From positions 1,824,001 to 1,888,000 of the forward strand of contig OZ242186.1 of assembly GCA_965205675.1 (NCBI GenBank): 64,000 bases of DNA. The letters are read 5' to 3'. Shown piece by piece: positions 9,067 to 19,596 of the stretch. Below the pieces are notes generated by a model. That model did not search any database. It had not been told where the DNA came from and was given only the letters and a program-made list of their open reading frames with translations. Source of the DNA: Nitrosopumilus sp. (GTDB lineage: Archaea; Thermoproteota; Nitrososphaeria; Nitrososphaerales; Nitrosopumilaceae). Made by a program: the position numbers and the translations under genes. Within the stretch, counting starts at the first letter, position 1. Every line of letters starts with the position of its first letter.

Positions 9067-10385
9067 CAGTAGATGGGAAAGTAACTCAATTTAGATCAAA
9101 AACTATCAATCACTCAATCAATCTATTCAGATAGAAAAAGCTTGATGGAAGTATGTCACTCCATCAAATATGCATTGTACTTCATTTGATACCATGACAC
9201 ACCAAGGCGTGATACTATCTAAAGCATTTGAGATTATCACTAAAATAATGTACAATATCTTGTTGTTTCCGTGCTCTAGTAAAAATAACTCACGGTTCCA
9301 CAATGCTGATGCACACAATTCTATCATGTCATTGTGTTTGGGAAATTCATATTCTGAATCTGGATTAAAGAGACTGGCAATGGAATCAGATAATGCTTCT
9401 CCAACTGGTTCATGGTTGAGAAAAATCATATCAAAAATATCACAAAAAACAATGCAAATTCAATTACATCAGTCACTAGATAGTACAGTATCAAAATTAC
9501 AAGAACTGGGAGTATTGGAGCAACCAGTTACTGTAGCAATTGACAAACATCTAATCCCAAGATATGACAAATTGCCAAACCATTCTTTAATAAAATCAAA
9601 ATCAAAAAACAGTACTACTCATTTTGAGAGTTACTGCACCATGCAGTGCGTTGAAAAAAGAATCAGGGCTCAACTAGGTTGTTATCCTTTGTATGACAAC
9701 AAATCAAATGCCGATTTTGTGCGTAAAGTACTCTCTGATGGCATCAATAATGGAATCAAGATTAAACTATTGCTAGTGGATAGGGAGTTTTTCACAGCTG
9801 GAACAATTTCAGAAATAAAACAAAAGAATCTGAAATTTCTAATGCCTGCAAAAAAGAATTCTCGAATCAAAGATGCAATTGTACAATACGTTAATGGAGA
9901 TAGAAAGTCAATCTCGCCATACACAATAAAATCATCATCAGGACATGTAGAATCATTTAATCTAGTTATTCTGCCAAACAAAAATGCAAGAAAAAAATCA
10001 GATATTATTGATCAGTATGTTGTGTTTGCAACAAATATTTCACCAAAAGAAATATCATATAACATACAAAACATTCCAACTGATTACAAGAAACGTTGGG
10101 GGATTGAAACAGGCTATGCATGTGTGGGAAGGTTCAGACCAAAAACCACCAGTTCAAACCAATCCATAAGATTGTTGTATTTTTACTATTCATTGATTTT
10201 GTACAATGCATGGATAATTGCTAATTTGATTATCTCAGAAGAAACTAATGTACAAAATCACAAACCAATAATATCAATTGAAATTCTCAAATATTTCTTT
10301 GTAAAGATAATTATTCATTATTTTAGAAATAACAAAAATAATTATTTTCTAGAATGTGTAACTTGAGTTACTTTCCCATCTACTG
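9067..10385 (+). mobile_element. ISH3/IS4-superfamily insertion sequence with perfect 23-bp TIRs
   Basis: cagtagatgggaaagtaactcaa (9067-9089) / ttgagttactttcccatctactg (10363-10385). Confidence 0.88.
9170..10366 (+). CDS. ISH3/IS4-superfamily transposase
   Basis: VAIDKH, LLVDREF, FATN, YKKRWGIETGY (Y-x2-R-x3-E signature). Confidence 0.88.
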   Translation: MHCTSFDTMTHQGVILSKAFEIITKIMYNILLFPCSSKNNSRFHNADAHNSIMSLCLGNSYSESGLKRLAMESDNASPTGSWLRKIISKISQKTMQIQLHQSLDSTVSKLQELGVLEQPVTVAIDKHLIPRYDKLPNHSLIKSKSKNSTTHFESYCTMQCVEKRIRAQLGCYPLYDNKSNADFVRKVLSDGINNGIKIKLLLVDREFFTAGTISEIKQKNLKFLMPAKKNSRIKDAIVQYVNGDRKSISPYTIKSSSGHVESFNLVILPNKNARKKSDIIDQYVVFATNISPKEISYNIQNIPTDYKKRWGIETGYACVGRFRPKTTSSNQSIRLLYFYYSLILYNAWIIANLIISEETNVQNHKPIISIEILKYFFVKIIIHYFRNNKNNYFLECVT

Positions 10386-10541
10386 ACATTAGAGTTCATG
10401 GCGCACTAGACTTGGATAACATGGAGACACCATCTGATGCGTATCACTCTAAGATGATAACAAACGAAATACTCATAGACCCAAGTATTCTATGGAGGAA
10501 TTACTCATGAAAGTGACACGAAATAATTTTTGGAAAGAACA
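10386..10541 (+). mobile_element. Probable IS481-like right-end remnant truncated by the ISH3 element
   Basis: Frame RVHGALDLDNMETPSDAY resembles an integrase-core C-terminus; ends ...ggaaagaaca (TGT terminus). Confidence 0.4.
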
Positions 10542-10926
10542 ATGAATGTCTTTGGATGATCACTTTTATAAGATTATAACTTTTTTCAAAAACAGGTATT
10601 TTTTCTGGATGAGATCAATCATTGGTAGAATACTTGACAACATAACGAGTTGAACTTGTCGGTCTATTAATCCCCAAATTAGTTCATTCATCATTTCCAG
10701 ACTAAAGTCAAGATACGTTTGGAAAAGAGGAAATAATTACAGAGTCATGCAAAAACTAGATCTAATCCAAGTATCATGAATAAACAAGTCAAAATGAACG
10801 AAAGTTATTGGTGAGCAAACAGGAAGAAAATACGATATGAAATAAGGGACGAACTGATTTTGGGATATAAGATAATATTAGTAAAAAGTATAAAAAACAT
10901 AATCAAGCAAATTTCAATGAACTAGA

Positions 10927-11808
10927 ATGATGTTAAATTACGATGCGCCACTATATAGACCACCTTCAGAATCTAAATCATTGATTTTTCAAGTAACACT
11001 AGGTTGTTCATTTAATGAATGTTCATTTTGTGACATGTATAGATCAAAAGAATATTCTGAAAGATCATGGGAAGATGTCAGAGCGGAAATTGACATGATG
11101 GCAGGGTATCTCCCAGATACTAGAAGGATATTTCTTGCAGATGGAGATGCATTAAATCTTGATTCAGAATATATAATCAAAATTGTAAAATATATTAGAG
11201 AAAAATTCCAAAACATTGAAAGAATTTCTTGTTATGCAATGCCTATGAATATTCTAAAGAAGACATCTGAAGAATTAAAGAAAATGAATGAAGCAGGACT
11301 TGATATGTTTTATTTAGGAATTGAAAGTGGTTCAGATATTGTGCTAAAAAAAGTAACAAAAGGTGCAATATCTAAAACAATTATCAAATCAGTAAACAAG
11401 GCAAAAGAAGCAGGATATGTCATGTCTTGTATGGTAATTTTAGGATTAGGTGGTAAAACATATTCAAAAGATCATATCAAAGGAACTGCAGAAGTACTTA
11501 GTGCATGTTCTCCAAATTATGTAGGTGCTTTGACATTATACTTGGAGAATGGAATAAAAAAAGAATTCATCGATAAATACGAAGGTGAATTTGTTAAAAT
11601 TAATGATGATGAATCACTAGAGGAACTATATGATTTGATTAATCAAATTGAAACTAGAGAAGAAATAATCTTTAGAGTAAATCATGGTTCTAATGCATAT
11701 ACCATAAAAGGTACATTTCCTCAAGATAAACAAGAAATGTTAGAGAAAGTAGAATGGATGAAACAGCATCCAGAGATTGTACGCCCACAAGGGTTACGAG
11801 GATTCTAA
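10927..11808 (+). CDS. Radical SAM protein
   Basis: YRPPSE, GCSFNECSFC (CxxxCxxC), FLADGDAL, GIESG. Confidence 0.9.
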   Translation: MMLNYDAPLYRPPSESKSLIFQVTLGCSFNECSFCDMYRSKEYSERSWEDVRAEIDMMAGYLPDTRRIFLADGDALNLDSEYIIKIVKYIREKFQNIERISCYAMPMNILKKTSEELKKMNEAGLDMFYLGIESGSDIVLKKVTKGAISKTIIKSVNKAKEAGYVMSCMVILGLGGKTYSKDHIKGTAEVLSACSPNYVGALTLYLENGIKKEFIDKYEGEFVKINDDESLEELYDLINQIETREEIIFRVNHGSNAYTIKGTFPQDKQEMLEKVEWMKQHPEIVRPQGLRGF

Positions 11809-12256
11809 ATTAGATTTTCTTGGTACATATACACCACTTTGAATATTCTAACTGAATAATCCCCATCAGATATTTTCATTGTGATATCATTTTCAGAATT
11901 TAATGCTCTAAGTTTATGCTCATAACTTCCATTTGAATTAATATTAGTTTGAGTAAAATGGACAGGATCATTTCCTTTGAAAATTTGAATTATCACAGGA
12001 TAGCCTGTAACCTGATTTGCAATTTTTCCTTCAACGTACATCAAGGTAATGTATTGTTTTTAGAAGAATAAAAATAAATTGTTGATTTTTCAAGACCTAT
12101 TACTCCAGATGATGGATGAATTTTAGTTTTATATTCATGAGTGTGATCATTAATTAGAACTTGACCTGAATGTGGATAAGCAAGAACATCATCTATTGAA
12201 AATGAGAAAACAAAAAGCATAGCAAAAACGCTTAAAAATAAAACTAGATTATTCAT
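11805..12256 (-). pseudogene. Exported hypothetical protein split by a 1-nt frameshift at ~12042
   Basis: Signal-peptide ORF ends ...TLP-TGA, overlapping ATG TAC GTT; restoring one G gives ...LPWMYVEGKIAN. Confidence 0.55.
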
Positions 12257-12296
12257 ATCAAAATCTCATATTATAATGGTTCAAAATTTTTTCAAA

Positions 12297-12548
12297 TCAT
12301 AAATTATCAATTACTGATTTGAGATGATCCGGAAGATCCGATAGTTCAGTATGGCTTTCGTTGTTTTGGAGAATTTCAGGACCGATTCGTCTAACACGTT
12401 GAGTTCCAAGAAGGGTATCAATATTTCTCTGAATATCTTTTTCAGACAATATAGCCTTTAGTTTTTCAATAATAATTGCTTCATTTTCATATTTTTTTAT
12501 TCCATATTGAACAAGAATTGTTTTCTCTTCGGAGGAAAATTCAGTCAT
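12297..12548 (-). CDS. Hypothetical protein
   Basis: 83-aa ORF with normal globular composition. Confidence 0.7.
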   Translation of the reverse strand: MTEFSSEEKTILVQYGIKKYENEAIIIEKLKAILSEKDIQRNIDTLLGTQRVRRIGPEILQNNESHTELSDLPDHLKSVIDNL

Positions 12549-12639
12549 AAATTTGATGAGTAATTTATGACTAATAATCTTTGGTTAATCAAAACTTTGT
12601 TTCCTAATTCCACTTTACATGTTTACTCTATAAACAAAT

Positions 12640-13270
12640 CATTATCTAGTTCTGATTCGGCTTGTGCTCCATTGCATCATCATCAAGTTGTATATCATTA
12701 CCTTGAATTTTATCTCTCTTGCCACATTACACCAAACTCTGACTGAAATGTTCTCTCCAAGAATTCTTTTCCATGTGGAGAATGTAACTTCTCCAGACCA
12801 ATGTCTACCATAACCTATACATCATTTTTCCATTTGTTTCTATTTCGTATCTTTTGCTCATCTGTTAAATCATTAAACATTTTGATGTTCTTTTTATTTA
12901 TCTCATAATTGCCAAGCTAAATCAATCCTTGCTTCTTTCTTGCAGTACTGTCCTTTGCCTTACCTGAAAAATTCTTTCTTGTTGGAACAATTGGAATTAC
13001 ATTTCTCTTTTTACACTTCAAAATTATCATTAGAACATATGCACCACCACATCCAACTAGTAATTCTTTAGATTTTTTCACATTAGGAGAATTCCCTGTG
13101 TTTTGTAACGCTTCAACAAGTAATTTTTTGAATTCTGGGGCAATCACCACAAGAGTCATCAGTTGCAGATACTGCGTAAATTTTCTTGGCTTTGGAATCT
13201 ATCATCACATGCAACTTTATGAACCTATGTTTAATGTTCCACTTGTTGCCCATCCGATCTCCTCTGCTTA
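12640..13270 (-). pseudogene. IS5-family (IS903-like) transposase remnant
   Basis: Fragments KLHVMIDSKAKKIYAV, IPIVPTRKN, WKNDVGYGRHWSGEVTFSTWKRILGE, with stops and frameshifts; boundaries approximate. Confidence 0.7.
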
Positions 13271-13278
13271 GTTAAAAT

Positions 13279-13794
13279 ATGATGAATTGTAAAACAACCT
13301 ACTTGGTAAGTAAATTACAATTAATCTCAAATATTCTTGGAACAAAAAGATACGCATCTATTGCGATATTCACAGGTACAGGACTAGGAATAATTTATTA
13401 TTTCTTGACAATGTCATTACTGCCAATTCATTTAGATACAACAATGAAATTAATACCTTTTTACATTACTGCATCAATTGGACTCACAATAATAATCTCA
13501 GCATTAGCTGGCATTAATTTCGCAATGATGGCATTTAAAATGAAGAGAATGAAAATGATGAATTCGGGAAAAGTAAATTCTTCAGCTGTGTTAGGAGGAG
13601 TGTTTGCTGCATTTACTCCAGGATGTCCAGCTTGTACTGCACCACTAGTAGTAGTTTTAGGTGCAGTTGGGGGATTATCATTATTTCCAATGGGAGGATT
13701 AGAGCTAAAATTCATTTCAGTAGGAGTCTTGATTTTTTCGATTTGGTGGATCGTACGAGGATTGCAAAATAAAAGTTGCTGTAAGATTGGATAA
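13279..13794 (+). CDS. Multi-pass membrane protein with GCPAC motif
   Basis: About four hydrophobic helices, intramembrane CxxC, C-terminal SCC. Confidence 0.75.
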   Translation: MMNCKTTYLVSKLQLISNILGTKRYASIAIFTGTGLGIIYYFLTMSLLPIHLDTTMKLIPFYITASIGLTIIISALAGINFAMMAFKMKRMKMMNSGKVNSSAVLGGVFAAFTPGCPACTAPLVVVLGAVGGLSLFPMGGLELKFISVGVLIFSIWWIVRGLQNKSCCKIG

Positions 13795-13899
13795 AAGACA
13801 ATCTCTCTGGCAATACACATAGAATCACCAGTGTTCATGACTGTGATTTTTCCCCTCCGTTTGAATCCTCATAGTAGAAATTTACTTCAACAATGAAAT

Positions 13900-14848
13900 A
13901 TGTAAATTAATACATGAAATGGCCACCACTCCATTGGACATTAGAATAATTTTTCAAATGATTTGTTTTCCAGTAAAAATAACTGCACATGTAGTTTTAT
14001 AGGAATCGTTGAATCAAAGAGAAAAAGAAGTTTGGGCGAAAGTTTGATTTGAGTCTTGAAGACCAGCTTGTAATGTTGTTTGTTTACTATCGGATGTACC
14101 TGACATGTGAATTGACAGGATATCTGTTTGGATTAGACCAGAGCAACGTCTACAGAAACATCAATATCTGCAATTTCTGATGCAATGACAAGCGAAGAAT
14201 AATGCCCAATTCCTGGAATCGAGTTTATCAAAATTGTATCAGGATTAACTTTTACAGCAGCATACACTTTGGAATTAATCTCTGCAATCTGTAAATTAAG
14301 GTGGACTGATTTGTTGCAAGAATCCGTCTATTCTGTAATCTCCTAGTGCCTTGAGTCTTCTGTTGTATGTTTCAGTGAATGTAACTCCTGGAATCTTGAT
14401 TCCTTCTTGTAACAATATTCCATGAACTGAATTCTTGACAGATGTTCTCCATTGGATTAGTTTTTTCCTATATCTTACGAGCTGTCTTTGTTGTACAATC
14501 TTTTTGTCTGGAACATAACATGTGGCAATATATCCTCCTCGCAAAAGATCTGCCAGTATCTTGGCATCAATCTTGTCTGTTTTCTTTTTTGATGCAGCAA
14601 TTGCTTTTGTCAGATATGGGTTTGAGAGTGTGACGTTTTTGTATCCCAAAGTATCTGTGAGAAATCGATACGTGTCATACCAGACTGATGAGGATTCCAT
14701 TATGATGTTTGCATGCATTGGTATTTTTGCAAAATGCTTTCTGATAGATTCGTGAGTGTTCTCAATTTTGTCATTTTGTGTTACTTTGTCTGTATCATCC
14801 ATTTATTACTTGAAGAAACTTCTTGTGCAGGTCAATGCCCACAAACAT
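13900..14848 (-). pseudogene. IS110-family recombinase/transposase, frameshifted and degraded
   Basis: MFVGIDLHKKF (start 14848), MESSS, SNP, KKKTDKIDAKILADLLR, SIPGIG; 3' boundary approximate. Confidence 0.8.
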
Positions 14849-14990
14849 GCCTTTGTTTGGATTTTTTCTAATCTGTTTGTAATCTTTTTTGGAGAAGAGT
14901 ATTTACGAACCTTGGAACTAGACTCATTTTTTATGCTATCTGATTTCCTTGCTTTCTTATTCACATATATACCCCAGATCATAAGTCTTT

Positions 14991-15989
14991 TCAATTTATT
15001 GTTCTTGCAAAATACTGATACATATTCAAATTAAATTTGTGGGTTCTAAAATATTCCATAACTGTATGCCTCATTTCATGAATAGATTCATAAAATTCTG
15101 ATTCAACATTAACATGTTTGCACTGTCTCCAAATCTCTTCAATCATACTCAAATGTGGAGAACCTCTTGGAAGATATGCCAGTTTGACATCTTTGTTTTT
15201 ATGTAGATATTCTTTCATATCATTAGCTTTGTGTTGTGGCGCTCTATCGACGATAACAAATATTTTTCCAAATTTTCTACGAGCTGCTTGCAAATAATCT
15301 ATAAATTCAACTGAGTTAAATTTTTCATACGATCTAAAAAAACTTTGATTATCATCAGTCATCATTCCATAAACCAAAAATCTTTGGTGCGATCCTCTCC
15401 AACGTACAATTAATCTTTGGTGTGTATCTGTCCAGTATTTTTTACCAAGACGTACATCGTCTACAAATACAGACTCGTCTTGGATGAATACTGTAAAACC
15501 TTTCTTTTTTGCCTTTTCTATGCGTGAAATGATGCGGTTTTTCCACTTGCGGCATGTATCCTTGGATGCGGCACGTACATGTAGTTTTTGTGGAACCTTT
15601 GGTTTTAGATTCCATTTGTGCATCAAACGACGCACATGAGTGATATGATATGTGATGCGTGTTCTGTAAAATATGAATTGTGTCAGTTTTTTTGGAGTCA
15701 TGCCGTCTGAAATTTTCTTAAATGTACGCTCTATTTTTTGTAATTTTTTATGTGAAATTAATGGCGGACGGCCAGAACGAGGGAGATCCTCCAGGCCCTC
15801 TAGTCCGTATTTTTCAAATGAATCTAGCCAGTTCCTTACAGAATTGCAGGTACAAAACATTTGGTTGGCAGTTTCAGCAATTGTGGATTTATTGATTTTA
15901 ATCTTACACATTGCATGTAATCTTGTTTTTTTGTGAATATTTTTTTCTTTTTTGTAGGCCTGGAGTAACTCGTCATTTGTGATGCCCAT
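14991..15989 (-). CDS. IS630-family transposase (single ORF)
   Basis: GLEDLPRSGRPP HTH region, FIQDES, IVDRAPQH, YLPRGSPHLSMIEEIW. Confidence 0.88.
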   Translation of the reverse strand: MGITNDELLQAYKKEKNIHKKTRLHAMCKIKINKSTIAETANQMFCTCNSVRNWLDSFEKYGLEGLEDLPRSGRPPLISHKKLQKIERTFKKISDGMTPKKLTQFIFYRTRITYHITHVRRLMHKWNLKPKVPQKLHVRAASKDTCRKWKNRIISRIEKAKKKGFTVFIQDESVFVDDVRLGKKYWTDTHQRLIVRWRGSHQRFLVYGMMTDDNQSFFRSYEKFNSVEFIDYLQAARRKFGKIFVIVDRAPQHKANDMKEYLHKNKDVKLAYLPRGSPHLSMIEEIWRQCKHVNVESEFYESIHEMRHTVMEYFRTHKFNLNMYQYFARTIN

Positions 15990-16049
15990 GAAATTATTTC
16001 TAACTACTGATCAAAAAGTATTGCTATTTGTTTTGAAAAATTGCAAAGA

Positions 16050-16269
16050 ATTATGCTCCGAGGTATATGCAGATAGAAAAGTTCCAATTGAACCTTTATT
16101 TGAGTATCTCAAAGATATTTTTGACATCAGAGTATTGCCTGTAAAGGGATTGTACAATGTCAAATCATTTGTGTTGGTTTGTGTTCTTGTGTATAAGTTA
16201 ACAGTTTACTACAACTGTGCAATGGGTGCAGAGAATCCAAGAATTTTAAAGAGAATGCTGTGCTGTTAG
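16050..16269 (+). pseudogene. C-terminal fragment of another DDE transposase
   Basis: YADRKVPIEPLFEYLKDIF...PVKG (Y-x2-R-x3/4-E-like); 5' part missing where IS630 lies. Confidence 0.55.
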
Positions 16270-16384
16270 GAAATCACTGCGAATTATTTTTGTAAATAAT
16301 TATGTCCAAGTCTCAAGTAATTATTGAAATGAGGTTTTTGTACCACACTAAACCCTTAAAATGGTAATTAATTGCAAAGTTTTT

Positions 16385-16459
16385 GGGCCTATAGCTCAGC
16401 ATGGATAGAGTGTTGGACTTCTAATCCAATGGTCAAGGGATCGAAGCCCTTTGGGCCCA
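16385..16459 (+). tRNA. tRNA-Arg(TCT)
   Basis: gggccta/tgggccc acceptor, ttgga-cttctaa-tccaa anticodon arm. Confidence 0.93.
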
Positions 16460-16498
16460 CTTAACAAAATTATTATTCTGATTTAAAGATAAAATTTT

Positions 16499-16849
16499 AT
16501 GAAAGACTTGGAATTTAAATTAAATTCAACAGAGATTCATCAAAATTCAGAGATTAAGGGGATCATATCAGTTTCATATCCAGGAAGGTATGATGGAATT
16601 GTGATAAATACAACAATTTCAGATTCAAATGAACATATAGTTTACAAATCATATAATGGAAAAAAAATATTACAAAATGTCTCGAGATTATTTATCAATA
16701 AAGACGTAATGCCTGATCATAAAGCAGAATTTACAGCATTAATTAATTTTGAACCAAAACAAGAATATGAAGTAAGATTTAGAGTATCAATTATAGAACA
16801 ACATAAAGAAATTGAAAGTCAGATAATTTTTGCCAGATATTCCAATTAG
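16499..16849 (+). CDS. Hypothetical beta-rich protein
   Basis: 116-aa ORF downstream of the tRNA. Confidence 0.75.
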   Translation: MKDLEFKLNSTEIHQNSEIKGIISVSYPGRYDGIVINTTISDSNEHIVYKSYNGKKILQNVSRLFINKDVMPDHKAEFTALINFEPKQEYEVRFRVSIIEQHKEIESQIIFARYSN

Positions 16850-16864
16850 AATAATTTTGAGATA

Positions 16865-17329
16865 TTAGATACCTCGGCTTAATTCCACAGTGATGGTTCC
16901 TTCCATCCACGGATGTGGTGTGCAATGATAATGAACCTCTTGGGCTTCAGTGAATAAGAATTCATAACTCTCACCAGGTTTTATTATTCCAATTGAACCA
17001 AATTCTCCACTATAGCTATCTTCATGACGATGATCTGGAGTTACAGTATGACCAGTTTCATCATTGTTTTTCCAAATTACTTTATTATCAGTACTCAGTG
17101 TTATTACAGGTTTATTTGGAACATAACTTTCGTTTCCATCAATTACAGCACCTTGAACAATTTCAATAATTAATTCAGATTCAGGATGTAAAATATGTTC
17201 AGATACAGAAGGTTTCGCTAAAGATTCAGGAAGATAAAATGATGTATAAAATATGACAGATGCAGACATTCCAATAATTAATGCAATCATGCCTATACCA
17301 TATGCATGACTGGATGTAGGCGCACTCAT
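16865..17329 (-). CDS. Membrane-anchored blue copper (plastocyanin-like) subunit of complex III
   Basis: N-terminal TM, HTVT, YHCTPHPWMEG type-1 Cu ligands. Confidence 0.9.
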   Translation of the reverse strand: MSAPTSSHAYGIGMIALIIGMSASVIFYTSFYLPESLAKPSVSEHILHPESELIIEIVQGAVIDGNESYVPNKPVITLSTDNKVIWKNNDETGHTVTPDHRHEDSYSGEFGSIGIIKPGESYEFLFTEAQEVHYHCTPHPWMEGTITVELSRGI

Positions 17330-17381
17330 AATTTTTTCAATCGGTCAAGTTCTTATAAAGCTTCTTTAGAATTTTGAAAAA

Positions 17382-18974
17382 TTATGATTTGTTAAGATCG
17401 CTTTGACCAACATTTGGATTGGTATCAGCATTAACTCCCAAATCTGCTTGAGTTTTTGGTACTGGAATTTCAGATGCTAATTCTTTTGTTTTAGATGCAA
17501 CATCAGATATAGTTTCATCTTTTGAGAGTTTGCTTTCTTCAACAGGGACTTTGGGTTCTGCTAATTTTGGTTTTTCATCTACTACAGGCATAGGTGCAGG
17601 TGGAGGAGCATTCTTTTGCTGGCTCATTGCATATCTGTACACATGGAAGAATCCTGCAAACACTAACAAAATAACACCAACAAAGAACAATGAAACGTTC
17701 TTCATTCCTGTTAAAGCTGCATTGTAAGCTGCAATGTTTAAGAATACTTGGAAGGCCAAAAGTACAACTAATAACCAATTAATCCATTTTTCAGAAAGAT
17801 TAATTGTAGATACTTTTTGAGGGCCGTTACTTTTTGCAAGTTTAGATTTTCTTTCTGCTTCGTTTGCTAGTTTAATCATCATGTAGGTAAATCCAAATCC
17901 TAACGGAACAAGTAATATCATTGTTGAGTAGAAGAATATTGGATCAATTACCAAACGTTCTACTAAAGGTATCTTTGTATCTGATGGGATGTAGAATCCC
18001 CAATACGTAGTGACCATTATTTGTGCAAGACTGGTAATACCAAATGCAGTAATGATAGGTCTATCTCTCCAAGAGAATTTTTTGTATCTGTCAATAAACG
18101 GAATTAACACGAAGGATATAATGAACAACAACGGCCACAGTAATCCAGTTACAAACTTGTCATATTGTGTCCTCATGAATGCATAGATTCCTGTAAGATA
18201 CCATTCAGGAACTGTAACACCAGGTGCCTGTGTAGGTTCAAACTTGAATCCCAAGTCAATAGGAAAAACACCACCTGTAATCAAAATAGCACCACCAATA
18301 GCCATCACCATTGGTACATCAAATACCAAAAATCGTGGAAAGTGTACTGCCATTAATCCAAGCATAACAATCGGCAACAAGAACACATGTTGTGCATAAA
18401 ATCTTAACACAAAGTCGGAGAAACCACTACCTAACGCCGCATCACGAATAGTAGGACCCACTACAGGAATAGATGTTGTCAAAGACGCGGCAATACTAAT
18501 TGCAAGTTCTGCTCTTTCACTAAAAATTACATCATAACCAGTAAAAGCTTCAAGTATTGTAACAGTTCCAAGAATAACACCAGTCATCCATAAGACTTCA
18601 TTTCTAATTTTGTATCGTCCACTGAAATATTGATAATACATGTGAAGTACAGCTAGTAACACCATAGCATTTGAGCCATGATAGTGAATATTTCTAATAT
18701 GGAAGCCAAATGGAACGTCATCATTAATGAATTGAACACTATCCCAAGCTCTATCAAGAATTGGCTGATAGTAAAACATCAACAAAGCTCCCGATACTCC
18801 AAGAATAATGAATACAATGAACGTGAGCATTCCTAAAAATCCAAACGGACTTACAAATCTTGCAGGAAATGAAAATTTAATTGCAGTAAAAATAGTTCTA
18901 TCTACTCCATCCCAAAGCCAATAAAGGAATGCTACAACTCCGGTTCTTCTTTCAAGCGAAACGGCCATACCCAA
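17382..18974 (-). CDS. petB: Cytochrome b subunit of the bc complex
   Basis: IRNIHYHGSN, LHMY, AFTGY, FYAQH, PEWY. Confidence 0.93.
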   Translation of the reverse strand: MGMAVSLERRTGVVAFLYWLWDGVDRTIFTAIKFSFPARFVSPFGFLGMLTFIVFIILGVSGALLMFYYQPILDRAWDSVQFINDDVPFGFHIRNIHYHGSNAMVLLAVLHMYYQYFSGRYKIRNEVLWMTGVILGTVTILEAFTGYDVIFSERAELAISIAASLTTSIPVVGPTIRDAALGSGFSDFVLRFYAQHVFLLPIVMLGLMAVHFPRFLVFDVPMVMAIGGAILITGGVFPIDLGFKFEPTQAPGVTVPEWYLTGIYAFMRTQYDKFVTGLLWPLLFIISFVLIPFIDRYKKFSWRDRPIITAFGITSLAQIMVTTYWGFYIPSDTKIPLVERLVIDPIFFYSTMILLVPLGFGFTYMMIKLANEAERKSKLAKSNGPQKVSTINLSEKWINWLLVVLLAFQVFLNIAAYNAALTGMKNVSLFFVGVILLVFAGFFHVYRYAMSQQKNAPPPAPMPVVDEKPKLAEPKVPVEESKLSKDETISDVASKTKELASEIPVPKTQADLGVNADTNPNVGQSDLNKS

Positions 18975-19554
18975 TTACTCCATTATCGTTTGTGTTAAAC
19001 TTTGGCGGCATAATAAACAAAGATCCATCAGAATCAAGATCTAAAGTTAATTGAGCTAATGTATTTGATGGTGGAGCTTGTACAGATGCTGGTCCTATAA
19101 ATGCCACACCAGTAGAAGGATCATACATACTACCATGACAAGGACATTCGCCTCTTTTTCGATTGTCTGCTGGATAATATTCCCATAAACACCAAAGATG
19201 CAAACATATCATGCTGTATGCTCTAACAGCAGTTAGATCATTTTTGGTACCACCTAATTCTTCAGGAAGTCTAATGAATTGCCATTTACGAAAAGCTTCT
19301 GCATCAAGTGCTGCATCACCAGTGGAAGGATAAGTGATGACTTCTGAATGGTTAATTGGAAAAGTGTTGATGTTGGCCTGAGACCCATCAGGTAAAATTA
19401 CAGGCACTCTTTCAAGGGAAGCCTGATTTGGATTTGGCATGAAATTACCAAATGGAACAAATGGTGCAAAAGCTAATCCTGTGCCTGCAGCGCCCATTAA
19501 TTTTAAAAAATCCCTTCTAGATAATCCAGATTTTTTTGCCCCCTGTTCATACAT
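18952..19554 (-). CDS. petC: Rieske Fe-S protein with Tat signal
   Basis: SRRDFLK, CLHLWC and CPCHGSMY. Confidence 0.93.
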   Translation of the reverse strand: MYEQGAKKSGLSRRDFLKLMGAAGTGLAFAPFVPFGNFMPNPNQASLERVPVILPDGSQANINTFPINHSEVITYPSTGDAALDAEAFRKWQFIRLPEELGGTKNDLTAVRAYSMICLHLWCLWEYYPADNRKRGECPCHGSMYDPSTGVAFIGPASVQAPPSNTLAQLTLDLDSDGSLFIMPPKFNTNDNGVIGYGRFA

Positions 19555-19596
19555 TTAGCTGTCGTATTCGCCAAATTGCTTATAAACCTTGTTCAA

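Noticed and set aside
13800-14990. Bridge-RNA-encoding ends of the IS110 element
   Set aside because: The element is degraded and its ends cannot be delimited by eye
14985-16055. TIRs of the IS630 element
   Set aside because: Only weak ttgcaa-centred similarity between the candidate ends; boundaries not called
16385-16459. tRNA-Arg as the att site of an integrated island
   Set aside because: No duplicated tRNA fragment or tyrosine integrase seen; the IS cluster lies on its 5' side
16865-19554. Complex III with a cupredoxin in place of cytochrome c1
   Set aside because: Established feature of ammonia-oxidising archaea; not novel
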